This document shows positions 1 through 8,948 of a stretch of 64,000 bases of DNA, in pieces. Numbering within the stretch: the first letter of the stretch is position 1; the number at the start of each line of letters is the position of its first letter. The position numbers and the translations under genes were made by a program. The DNA comes from Myxococcota bacterium. Its GTDB lineage: Bacteria > Myxococcota > XYA12-FULL-58-9 > JABJBS01. The notes below the pieces were generated by a model, which saw only the letters and a list, made by a program, of their open reading frames with translations, was not told the DNA's origin and made no database searches. The stretch spans positions 1 to 64,000 of the forward strand of contig JAYZAY010000067.1 of assembly GCA_036339465.1 (NCBI GenBank), in the 5' to 3' direction.

Positions 1-170
1 GCATTGAACATTTCCACCGATGTCTTTTGAGCCTGGCCTGGCGAGTTTAAGGCTTCTAGCGGGGAATCGAGTTATTGGGGCTCGATTCCCCGCCAGAGAA
101 ATGCACCGCGCCACAGGCCGAAGCGGCACCCAATCCAAGTCTGATGTTTTTCGAGCATTGATTTAAATGA
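1..170 (-). ncRNA. ssrS: Probable 6S RNA, 3' end beyond the window edge; boundaries approximate
   Basis: Minus strand reads GGCCTGTGGCG-CGGTGCAT...AGAAGCCTTAAA-CTCGCCAGGCC...TGTTCAA. GTGCAT and GAAGCCTTAAA resemble the conserved 6S internal-stem motifs, the flanking arms pair, and they enclose a perfect 13-bp hairpin (59-93). The 5' arm matches typical 6S poorly. Confidence 0.5.
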
Positions 171-186
171 AAGAAGTACTTTTCTA

Positions 187-3100
187 TTAACGACGAACTT
201 TTAGAGTTCCCAGCTCATCTTTAACATCACCAGCGAACTCTCCAGCCGGACTCAACTCCAAATATCTTTCAAATTGACGAATCGCTCCTCGTAAATTCTC
301 CTTCGCTTTATAACAAATCCCAAGAAAATAATGGGCATCCGCTGTTTCTGGAGCACGGCTCAATACTCTATTGAAGGTCGCAATTGCTCCGCGAACGTCT
401 TGCAGATCGTAAAGCTGCATTTTCCCCATGCTCAGTAAGGTATCTGGCGCTGGCCGTCCGTACTGCATTAAAAGCTTATAGTGACGCAGCGCCTTTGCCG
501 GCTTCTCTTCCGTTCGATAAATATCAGCGAGTGTCCTCCTCGCCTCCTGAAACTCGGGTGCATTCTCCAAAACGGACTCAAGTTCGACCACCGCCTTGTC
601 TGTGTCACTCCTCGCTAAATAAAGAGCGGCCAGTCGGTATCGAATATTACTCCGGCCACCATTTAACTTAATTGCTGACTGATAAGCCGCCAGAGCCCCA
701 GCGCCGTTATTCCGATTCTGCTCCAATTCTCCCAAAAGCACATAAGCCTCAGCCGTTTCTTCACTTCGATTCGCTTCTTTAGCTAAGCCTCTAGCTTTCG
801 CGGGATCATCAAAACGCCAGGCTTGAGCTAAAACCAGCAAAATAGAAACGCTTCTAGCATCCGGTTTTTTATGAAAATATTTTTCAATGCAGTTCCTCGT
901 TTCTTCCATTTTTTCTACTGCTAAAAGGGAGCGCGCTTCAGCAAGCATATATTCTTCCTCAAAGGGAAACGCCTCATTAAGCAGATGCGCTAGGGCAAGA
1001 CGCGGCTCCTGATGGTTTTCTTTTTCCGCCCACTCAACAATCTGAAAAGCAAATTTTTTGTTCTTGTAACTTTCAAAAAGTTTCATTGCCATCTCATAGC
1101 CAACATCGAGGGTGCCTGCCCCAAGGAAAGCTACAACCATGTTTTCGAACAACGCCAGAGGAGCTACTCTCGTTGGCATCAACCAAACTTCTTCCGCAAA
1201 GATTCTCGCTGCACCCTTTTCATTGCCTTTGGCCAACATTAATTCACCAAGAGCCACTTTGGCCCATGTATTCTCCTCTTTCCTAGCCAAGGCCGAAAGC
1301 TTTTGAAGTTGGGTCGATTTTTTTTCTTTTCCAGAAGTAATCTGCAAAACCGACGCAATATATCTTGCATCAGTGCCCCTACGTTGACTGGCTGCCTGAA
1401 AACTTCGATTCGCATCCCGCTGTTTTCCTTCGACCAAGGCAGCCTGTCCTGCTGCCAGGTTCTGCCAAGGACTTGCTGCCTTATCTCGAAATGACTCTAA
1501 TTTTTTCAGCGTTCGTTGCCCCGCCTCAACTTCACCTTTCTCAAAATAATACCGCACTAATTCCCACAACACCCGAGCTCTGGCACCTACGTCACTTTCC
1601 TTTTCAAGCTTATTTTCGAGTAGACCGACAAAATCGTTGCCCACCATTGTTTGAAGTCGGGCTATTTCGAGCCATTGACCGATATGCTGCTCACGGGTTT
1701 TGGTTGCCCCCAATCGAATTTCCATCGGCTGAAGAACCTTCGAAATCTCACCATTAAGAAGTGACTTAAATCTCTTCGCTCGATCCGCAACCGGCTTAAG
1801 ATGCTCTGGCAATATTACCTCATCACCAACAGCGCCAAACAAAACCGAAAGCCCAATGGTGTTAACTAAATCCCCAGAGAATTCTAAGATGTTCAATACT
1901 CGGACCAAAAAATCAAAAGAGCATTTTGGGTCCTTTATCTTTTCGTAAATCCAACCGAGATCAACCTTAACCCGATTGTCTGAGCGCACCTTCTCCAATT
2001 CTAAGCGAGCATCAGTGTAGTTGGGATTTGTCTGGAGGATTTTTGCCAAAACCCCCATCGCTTTCTGATCTTGTGCCTCCTCAACATAAGTGTAAGCCAA
2101 AACTAAACCCACCTCTGGAGATTTTAGGGCTCCTGAATTCCAGGGTCCCTCCAGAAGTTCCTTGACCTTTTCATAGCGTCCTCCGAGCTGAAATCGACCG
2201 GCAAAATAAGCCAACTCAAGCAACGCATCCTTACCATTTGGTTGTTTCGTCCCTTTTGGGACTTCGACCAACGCCAAATCAGAAGCAACACGGAAATCTT
2301 GATAAGCGGTGGCCAATCGATATTTGGCCCAATGAATCAAAGCAGCCTCATGGGGCTCCTTAACGAAGCTCAGAAGCTGTCCATAGGACATTTCCAATAT
2401 GTCAGATAAAGCGATTTTCTTCGGCTCTTTTTGAGCTACTTTTTCTATCTTTTTAGGCGAAAGAGCACCAACCGGGGGCTGGACAGACCGAGGCACATTT
2501 GTGACCACCTGTTCGTCTACAGACGAACTTAAAAAGTCGCTAAAAAATATCGCAAGTCCTATACCCAGTAAGCCGAAAAGCCCAATCACGAGCCCAAGCG
2601 CCATCCCCCCACCGACCGCTACCGGTGGAGGTTCTTCATCAGCTTTCGTTGCAGCAGCATCCTGTACTTCCGTTGACGCTTGAGCTTCACCGATGTGATC
2701 AATAGAAAACGGCTCCGAAGCCGTAAGCCCCATCATCGCATCCATAGGTGACTCAAAGCCGTCACTGGCGACCGAACCCTCTAAAGATTGGGCAAGCTCA
2801 TCCAATTCATCCATCAAATCGGGGAACTCTAAAGAAGGCTCATTGGTTTCAACTGGATCAAGCCGAGACATGGAATCCATTTCCTCGGCCACACTTAATT
2901 CCGCACCAAACTCACCATACTCCCCAAGCACCGATCCAGAACCGCTCGCCGTTAAATGAGCCTCGCCAGGTTGAACTTCCTCGCTCCCAAAACCAGCGGA
3001 CGGAAAATCCAAAAGGTCGCCAGCTCCAAAACCCGATGCCAATGAATCCCCAAGAGAGCCGAACTCGTTTTCTGAATCTTGGTTTGTGGGTTCCTCAGAC

Positions 3101-3498
3101 GCCTCCCCTTCTATTCCATATGGCAGGGCTTGCAGGTTTTGCGTCACCTCGTCATCCAAAGCTTCGAAATCACTCAAATCAAAATTGAAGTCAGAAAGCC
3201 CCCCTTCATCAAGCTCAGAAGGCGCTCCCATGGATGGTTCATCTCCACCGCTAAGAACCCCTTCGTTTTTCGACTCTTTAAAAAGCCCCGCCAAACCTCC
3301 TGTTTCCGTCCCATGAGTCGAAGTGTTACCTTCGTCCTGGTCCAAAGGTTTCCCTGAATTTGAAGAACTTTGATTGTGGCTGGTCTCTGGAACTGTAACA
3401 ATAGCTTTGCAAGTAACACACTCAAACGCGTTCCCTGGGCTATAGATGGCATAATCAATATCGTAAATAGTTCCGCAAGAAGGGCAGGGTAAATGCAT
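187..3498 (-). CDS. Zinc-ribbon / acidic linker / single TM / TPR-repeat protein
   Basis: N-terminal CPSC...CVTC finger, long acidic linker, hydrophobic span ALGLVIGLFGLLGIGLAIFF, C-terminal TPRs (ADAHYFLGICY). Start trimmed to MHLPCP; ORF is open to 3567. Confidence 0.75.
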   Translation of the reverse strand: MHLPCPSCGTIYDIDYAIYSPGNAFECVTCKAIVTVPETSHNQSSSNSGKPLDQDEGNTSTHGTETGGLAGLFKESKNEGVLSGGDEPSMGAPSELDEGGLSDFNFDLSDFEALDDEVTQNLQALPYGIEGEASEEPTNQDSENEFGSLGDSLASGFGAGDLLDFPSAGFGSEEVQPGEAHLTASGSGSVLGEYGEFGAELSVAEEMDSMSRLDPVETNEPSLEFPDLMDELDELAQSLEGSVASDGFESPMDAMMGLTASEPFSIDHIGEAQASTEVQDAAATKADEEPPPVAVGGGMALGLVIGLFGLLGIGLAIFFSDFLSSSVDEQVVTNVPRSVQPPVGALSPKKIEKVAQKEPKKIALSDILEMSYGQLLSFVKEPHEAALIHWAKYRLATAYQDFRVASDLALVEVPKGTKQPNGKDALLELAYFAGRFQLGGRYEKVKELLEGPWNSGALKSPEVGLVLAYTYVEEAQDQKAMGVLAKILQTNPNYTDARLELEKVRSDNRVKVDLGWIYEKIKDPKCSFDFLVRVLNILEFSGDLVNTIGLSVLFGAVGDEVILPEHLKPVADRAKRFKSLLNGEISKVLQPMEIRLGATKTREQHIGQWLEIARLQTMVGNDFVGLLENKLEKESDVGARARVLWELVRYYFEKGEVEAGQRTLKKLESFRDKAASPWQNLAAGQAALVEGKQRDANRSFQAASQRRGTDARYIASVLQITSGKEKKSTQLQKLSALARKEENTWAKVALGELMLAKGNEKGAARIFAEEVWLMPTRVAPLALFENMVVAFLGAGTLDVGYEMAMKLFESYKNKKFAFQIVEWAEKENHQEPRLALAHLLNEAFPFEEEYMLAEARSLLAVEKMEETRNCIEKYFHKKPDARSVSILLVLAQAWRFDDPAKARGLAKEANRSEETAEAYVLLGELEQNRNNGAGALAAYQSAIKLNGGRSNIRYRLAALYLARSDTDKAVVELESVLENAPEFQEARRTLADIYRTEEKPAKALRHYKLLMQYGRPAPDTLLSMGKMQLYDLQDVRGAIATFNRVLSRAPETADAHYFLGICYKAKENLRGAIRQFERYLELSPAGEFAGDVKDELGTLKVRR

Positions 3499-3631
3499 GT
3501 GAACTTCCATCAATCCCAAATTATTCTGTGGCATAAAACGCCGACCGTAAAACAGGCCCGCATACACCTTATGGAATTCTCATAGCACTGAGTCAGAATA
3601 GTGAGCAAATTACCTTCAATTTAGACAGTCG

Positions 3632-4621
3632 TTATTGAAGTTCTCCGGACTCAACTGGAGACTCGAATGTTAGCGCACCTAGCTTGCCCGCCCGAAGCTC
3701 GCGCAAAAACAATTCACCTGCACGGTTCAGGTCCAAAACTCCCCCCGATTGTAGACAACCTCTTTTCTTTGCAAGTCCCTCAAGCAAAACTTGTGGAGAC
3801 ACTGCGCCCGTTAACGGTGCTTCCAAACCATATCCCTTCAAGTGTGCTGGGTACCTCGCGTGTAACCATGTCAGTCCCTCAAAACAAAGATCGAGTAGAG
3901 GCAAAGTTGTATCACGGATCGCTCCGGATAAAGCCAAACAACGTGCCACTTCCGGATCCTCAAATTTTGGCCATAAAAGCCCGGGCGTATCGAGAAGTTC
4001 AAATTCCTTATCAATTCGTACCCATTGCTCACCCCGGGTAACAGCAGGTTCATTGCCAGTTCGAGCCACCTTCCGCCCTACCAGCTTATTAATCAATGTG
4101 GACTTACCAACGTTTGGGATCCCCACCACCATGAGCCGAATGGAGCTTCGCCGACGTCCGCCTCGTTGCTTTAACACCTTCGCCAAAGCCTGACGCGCTG
4201 CGGCAATAACTTTTTTCTTCGGATTTTCTTTTTTCAGGTCCACTGCCAGAACGGGGTTATCATTTTTCTCGCTTAAACTTTTAATCCAACTCCTGGTTAA
4301 AGAAGGATCTGCCAAATCTTTACGGGTTAAGACGAAAACCCTCGGTCTATGTTCTGTCAGCTCCGCGATGAGTGGATTACGACTTGCACGTGGCAATCGA
4401 GCGTCCAAAACCTCAACCACAAGATCAACCTTGGGTAGTTGCTCTTTTAACTTTTTCCGCGCTCGATGCATATGTCCAGGAAACCATTGAATTTTTAGGG
4501 CTTTATCTTCTTCAATCACAGTGAATCCTTTGGGCAGAGATTCTAACCAAAAACAGAGGAACTTGTTAATAGATAAGAATGGGCCTAATGATTGCTCAAG
4601 GGCTAAGCGACTTAACACCAT
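3632..4621 (-). CDS. rbgA: Ribosome biogenesis GTPase RbgA/YlqF; true start probably near 4520
   Basis: IQWFPGHM signature, VLDARLP, GIPNVGKST, LLDTPG, circularly permuted GTPase motif order. Confidence 0.95.
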   Translation of the reverse strand: MVLSRLALEQSLGPFLSINKFLCFWLESLPKGFTVIEEDKALKIQWFPGHMHRARKKLKEQLPKVDLVVEVLDARLPRASRNPLIAELTEHRPRVFVLTRKDLADPSLTRSWIKSLSEKNDNPVLAVDLKKENPKKKVIAAARQALAKVLKQRGGRRRSSIRLMVVGIPNVGKSTLINKLVGRKVARTGNEPAVTRGEQWVRIDKEFELLDTPGLLWPKFEDPEVARCLALSGAIRDTTLPLLDLCFEGLTWLHARYPAHLKGYGLEAPLTGAVSPQVLLEGLAKKRGCLQSGGVLDLNRAGELFLRELRAGKLGALTFESPVESGELQ

Positions 4622-4693
4622 GAAAATCGCCCGATGTTAAGCTGAAAAGAAGTCGAAAATTTTTAATTTAAACTTTTGTGGGAGATTTTATCT

Positions 4694-5242
4694 ATGTCAG
4701 AGCCAGTTAGCGGAGTCGACGTAGTCGGCCAAACAAGTGAAGTCAGTGATACCCAGGTAAGACAACAGATTTTCGATGATCTGAAACCCGGAGAAATCAA
4801 CTATTCGGAAAAAGGTGGAGAAATCGAGGCGATTTGCAAGGGGGACGGCAAAACGAGTCCCACCCAATTCACCGCCAAAAGCATCGAATTTATGGCTAGC
4901 CAGGATGATGCCTTCAAGGAATTCATCAGCAACCCAACCGCGGCGCATTTTTCTGCTCAGCAAGCAATTCAAACCAACCCCAATAACAAAAAGCTCCAAC
5001 TTACAGGTCAGGACGCCAATCAACCCCTTCCTCCAGATCAAGAATTCTCCGTCAAAAGCGACGGTCTGAAAAAAGCCCTCAGTGCACTAAAAATGATGGC
5101 CCCAAAAAAGGCAGACGGGACCATTGATTGGCAAGCCGCCGGTAATTCACTCGGCGCAGGTGCAACGGGCTCCACAAATAAGTTTACCAAAGCGGGAAGT
5201 ACTGGAAGCCGAGGACAGGGCCTTCCAATTGGGATCGATTAA
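4694..5242 (+). CDS. Hypothetical protein
   Basis: 182-aa ORF with GGAG upstream of ATG 4694; fills the gap; no recognised motif. Confidence 0.6.
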   Translation: MSEPVSGVDVVGQTSEVSDTQVRQQIFDDLKPGEINYSEKGGEIEAICKGDGKTSPTQFTAKSIEFMASQDDAFKEFISNPTAAHFSAQQAIQTNPNNKKLQLTGQDANQPLPPDQEFSVKSDGLKKALSALKMMAPKKADGTIDWQAAGNSLGAGATGSTNKFTKAGSTGSRGQGLPIGID

Positions 5243-5338
5243 CCAAAAAAAGGGGAGGGTTCACACCATATACGGAGCGAGCCCTCAATCTTCCTTTAAC
5301 AACTGGAATTCTCCTCATAATCCCGGCAAAATCGACCA

Positions 5339-6358
5339 ATGAGAATGATCGATTGTCACGCCCATGCCTTCCCTACATGGGAAAATTTAGTATCCGACCA
5401 CCTGCCCATAGCCGGAGATGCTCTCGAACTCGCCCAAGGGGTATCCCAATCCGTTAAAGAGCAAGTATTTGAGCGAATACCTCTTTTAAACCTCGCGGGC
5501 CAAGTCGGCAAAAAGCTCAGCAGTTCCTTGCTTCAATTCGCCGCCCCTAACCCCATTGGCCCAGATAAACTTGACCAAGCACGAAGTAAACTGCCATCCC
5601 AAATGGCCAATGTTATGGAATTCTGCTTAAGCGCAGGCCTCGGCCCCAGAATAATGCTCCAAGGCACAATCGATAATCTTTTTGATTCCATGAAAGGTTG
5701 TAACCTAACCCATACCGTGGTCATTGGAGCCCCACCTTTTGCCAACGCAGATTGGCTCATCCAACAAGCCCGTCAGGACGACCGTATTATTCCTGTCTGT
5801 AATGTGCCCAATCTTCCCCCCGAGTCTGGAGAACATGCATGGCTCGAGGCATTTGAAAAACTCGCCGTGGATGGTGCAAAGGGATTTAAAATTCATCCCA
5901 ATATGGATGGATATCATCCACACCACCTCTCTTATCACGCCATGTTTCAAGTGGCACAGAAGCATCAACTGTTCATTATCCTCCATACGGGCTGTTTTCA
6001 TGTCCCCGGATACGTCAAAATTGAACCTGCAAGTCCAGAAAAATTTACCCACTTCCTAACTGCCTACCCAGATGTCCGTGTTTGTTTAGCACATATGAAT
6101 AGAGAAGAACCCGAAGATGCCTGGGAACTTATGGGAAGATTTCAGAATCTTTACGCCGACACCAGCTGGCAAACCGAACCAACAATCCGAAGAGCGATTA
6201 ATCGAGTAGGGGATAAAAAGATACTATTGGGATCTGATTGGCCACTACTTGACCGCCACCTTCAAGCAAGCTCCTTAAAAGAACTCCGAAACGCCTGCTA
6301 CGACCAAGCTTTTGAACAAATCATCTCCAAAAACCCGACTCGCTTCTTGGGACTATAA
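5339..6358 (+). CDS. Amidohydrolase-family (Amidohydro_2-like) metallo-hydrolase
   Basis: IDCHAH, GFKIHP, ILHTG, LAHM, YADTS and LLGSDWP motifs. Confidence 0.9.
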   Translation: MRMIDCHAHAFPTWENLVSDHLPIAGDALELAQGVSQSVKEQVFERIPLLNLAGQVGKKLSSSLLQFAAPNPIGPDKLDQARSKLPSQMANVMEFCLSAGLGPRIMLQGTIDNLFDSMKGCNLTHTVVIGAPPFANADWLIQQARQDDRIIPVCNVPNLPPESGEHAWLEAFEKLAVDGAKGFKIHPNMDGYHPHHLSYHAMFQVAQKHQLFIILHTGCFHVPGYVKIEPASPEKFTHFLTAYPDVRVCLAHMNREEPEDAWELMGRFQNLYADTSWQTEPTIRRAINRVGDKKILLGSDWPLLDRHLQASSLKELRNACYDQAFEQIISKNPTRFLGL

Positions 6359-6859
6359 ATCGGGTACCGCGTTATTCATTCTTTTTAACTTACGCCCCTC
6401 TCGTTGATGATGCCGCGCCTTATCTCGAAATCGTTTCTTGATTTTATCCAATACAATAACGAACTTCGCTTGTTGTATTGGATTTAGAAGGGGCAGAACT
6501 TCATCAAGTTGTCGTTCCCGTAAATCAAACATCTCTTTTCTCACCGCTCTCAAAGAGGTCACTGCTGCGCGAATTTCATCGTTACTCACGCCGCCCTTAT
6601 GAATCGTTGTTTTTAATGCGCGCTTGGTCATCCGCATCTTGTTTTTTAGCGCCCGAAACAACTTTTGATATCGGTCCAATATATTCTCAATTTGTGAGGC
6701 TCCATCCTCATCAAGTCCTAGTTTTTCCTTCAAGAGTCGGCCACGAATCTCCTTGGCTCTCTCTGGATGCGCCACGATCTCGCCCGGGCCTATTTCCGGC
6801 TCAGCATGAACGGGCAAAGAAAACAAAAAACAGGGTATCACCAAGGCCATCATCTTCAT
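6353..6859 (-). CDS. Periplasmic Spy/CpxP-like helical protein
   Basis: Signal peptide ending PVHA; LGLDE and LNPIQQAKF motifs (LTxxQ-like); third gene of an ECF cassette. Confidence 0.7.
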   Translation of the reverse strand: MKMMALVIPCFLFSLPVHAEPEIGPGEIVAHPERAKEIRGRLLKEKLGLDEDGASQIENILDRYQKLFRALKNKMRMTKRALKTTIHKGGVSNDEIRAAVTSLRAVRKEMFDLRERQLDEVLPLLNPIQQAKFVIVLDKIKKRFRDKARHHQREGRKLKRMNNAVPDL

Positions 6860-6899
6860 TCTAGTCTCCTTGTAGGTTTAATTCGAAATACGTCTTGTG

Positions 6900-6926
6900 A
6901 ATGCCACTTCCCAAAGAAACGTTAAA
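6900..6926 (-). promoter_or_regulatory. Candidate ECF promoter TTTAAC-N15-GGCATT upstream of the Spy-like gene
   Basis: Same bipartite motif and spacing as 7934-7960. Confidence 0.6.
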
Positions 6927-6928
6927 TT

Positions 6929-7336
6929 CTAATCTAAATCGGCCAAGATTGAATCCATAACCTCGACCTGAACCGCCACACGCTCGCGGTCCTTCCAATC
7001 CAAATCCAATGAATCCAGTCCCAAAACCTCGTTTGGCTCATCCAGCCAGGCCATTTCCGCAATTTCTTCCACATCTTCATGAGTCTCCACCTCTCCAGAC
7101 TTCCAAACAGGAAAGAGAAAAAACAAAAAGAGAAGAGCGGATAAAGTCACACCCACAATCAGATTCCGCCCTAGAAAAAGGCGATGCAACTTACGAACGC
7201 GGGCAGCTGGCCGAGCCCTGGCCACGGCCAACCACCGACTCTTTTGAACATCCGTGGGAGGATCTCGTGTTAACGCAAAGAGCGCTTCGATTTCCGTACC
7301 ACCTTCAGATGCCAACTTCGGCTTTTCGTGCTCCAT
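6929..7336 (-). CDS. Putative membrane anti-sigma factor
   Basis: Overlaps the end of the ECF sigma gene; one TM (LIVGVTLSALLFLFFLFPVW); acidic C-terminus. Confidence 0.65.
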   Translation of the reverse strand: MEHEKPKLASEGGTEIEALFALTRDPPTDVQKSRWLAVARARPAARVRKLHRLFLGRNLIVGVTLSALLFLFFLFPVWKSGEVETHEDVEEIAEMAWLDEPNEVLGLDSLDLDWKDRERVAVQVEVMDSILADLD

Positions 7337-7898
7337 AGCTGCCTCCTTCGTTGGTTTCCATATCCTTCAGAGCTCCACAAAGATCTTTCTGCGCCATATG
7401 CACCAACACCCGCGCTGAACCTAAGGACGTCCCGAGAACCGATGCAATCTCATTATATTCTAAGCCGCCATCCAATCGTAAGATGAGCGCATCCCTGCGT
7501 TTTTTAGGTAATTTCGCTAAAGCATGCTGCAGACGTGCCTTTAGCTCACCATGGTGCGCCCAATCTTCAGGGTTGGGTTCTGAATAAGCACGGGCAGCTT
7601 TTTCTTCTCTAGCACGCCGCCGTTTACGAGAGCGAATCTCCGTATGACACTTTCGAATGGCAATCCCCAAAAGAAAGCCCTTGAATGACTTCTCTGGCTG
7701 AAATCGTTCCAGCTTTTCATAGAGAGTCATCAGAGTTTCTTGGACAACATCCTCAAGTTCATCCCCGCTGCAATAGCGGGCCACCACGTAATTTAGAACA
7801 ACAAGGTGGGGCCGGATCAAATCAGCATACGCCTGTCCATCTCCCTCGCAGGCTCGCATCCACAATGTTCTTATCTCTAAAGACTGTGTGGTTCCCAT
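7305..7898 (-). CDS. ECF-type sigma-70 factor
   Basis: Region 2 EDVVQETL; region 4 LPKKRRDALILR...YNEIASVLG...SARV. Start trimmed to MGTTQ. Confidence 0.9.
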   Translation of the reverse strand: MGTTQSLEIRTLWMRACEGDGQAYADLIRPHLVVLNYVVARYCSGDELEDVVQETLMTLYEKLERFQPEKSFKGFLLGIAIRKCHTEIRSRKRRRAREEKAARAYSEPNPEDWAHHGELKARLQHALAKLPKKRRDALILRLDGGLEYNEIASVLGTSLGSARVLVHMAQKDLCGALKDMETNEGGSYGARKAEVGI

Positions 7899-7933
7899 AG
7901 GGTCTTTCTTTCCAGGTAAAGCCTCTCTAACCA

Positions 7934-7960
7934 AATACCGCACAGGCCAGCAATGTTAAA
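7934..7960 (-). promoter_or_regulatory. Candidate autoregulatory ECF promoter TTTAAC-N15-GGTATT
   Basis: Lies 36 nt upstream of ATG 7898; matches the motif at 6900-6926. Confidence 0.6.
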
Positions 7961-7966
7961 AACAAT

Positions 7967-8383
7967 TCACAGAAGCCCAAATCGCCGGGCCCGACTTCCC
8001 AAAGTTGGCCGAGCCATTCCCAATTCCCTGACTGCCTTCGATACGTTCCCATCACATCGCTGTAAAACATCAACAATTTTCTTGGCGTGTCCACAATTGA
8101 TGGCGTTTAAGACTCGTCCTCTAGCTCAATATGCAGCCAAAACCACCTTGGCCAGCTCCCGCCAACCTGCGTGAAGTTTTTCAAGGATCTCTACGCCAGA
8201 CATTCCAGGTACTTTTTCGTCGGTCAAAAGGACTTAAATGCCCTGCGCCTCAAGACATTCGAGTTCCGCCGTTCCCGAGCTCACCGTCAAAGGAGGACAT
8301 CTATCTTCAAATTGCTGCTTAACGAGCTCAAGATTGTCTCTTTCATCATCAACATAGAGAATTGTTGGCAATTCTACTAACAC
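7967..8383 (-). pseudogene. Response regulator pseudogene (receiver + Fis-type HTH) with two in-frame stops
   Basis: One frame reads PTILYVDDERDNL...GI*VLLTDEKVPGMSGVEILEK...LAAY*ARGR...DGNVSKAVRELGMARPTLGSRARRFGLL*; stops at 8234-8236 and 8126-8128. Confidence 0.85.
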
Positions 8384-8544
8384 TTCACATTTTTGTTCTG
8401 GTTTAGGCGTCTCAGAACGAAACTCCTTAATAATACCAATACCCCGAGGCCATCCTGCCGCGCGGGGCAAAAAAACCTTTATCCGCGTTATTGGTAAACA
8501 AAGATAGAAACGCTTTAAGATATCGAAGGAATTTTCAGAATCAC

Positions 8545-8632
8545 TGGCGGAGGATGAGGGATTCGAACCCCCGGAGGCTTTCACCTCAACGGTTTTCAAG
8601 ACCGCCGCCTTAAACCACTCGGCCAATCCTCC
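8545..8632 (-). tRNA. tRNA-Ser(TGA)
   Basis: GGAGGAT acceptor stem, anticodon loop TTGAAA, long variable arm, GTTCGAATC T-loop, encoded CCA. Confidence 0.97.
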
Positions 8633-8703
8633 CAAAAGTCGTGGGAATTTCCAGTGAAGGCTTGTTTAATACATTAGATTATATTAAGCAAGTCAAACTC
8701 AGC

Positions 8704-8795
8704 GGAGCGATGGCCGAGCGGCTGAAGGCGGCGGCTTGCTAAGCCGTTGTACCTGGAGACGGGTACCGCGGGTTCGAATCCCGCTCGCTCCGCCA
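8704..8795 (+). tRNA. tRNA-Ser(GCT)
   Basis: GGAGCGA...TCGCTCC-GCCA acceptor, anticodon arm GCGGC-TTGCTAA-GCCGT, long variable arm, GTTCGAATC. Confidence 0.97.
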
Positions 8796-8948
8796 CTTTA
8801 ATTCCTAATGATTCCAAAAAGCATTCTGTGTTAACCGCACCACAAAGAAAAGCAATCGCTCGGCTCAGGTTGGCCTGCGTAGCCCATCTGGGTCGATATT
8901 CGGAAACGAAGAGAGGGCTTGAGAAATGCCTTCACTGGTAAAATCAAC

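Noticed and set aside
7967..8545. Integrative element at tRNA-Ser
   Set aside because: No integrase, and I saw no duplicated tRNA 3' end.
8234..8635. 133-aa ORF as a real gene
   Set aside because: Its start is translated tRNA-Ser sequence; only the last ~50 codons belong to the regulator pseudogene.
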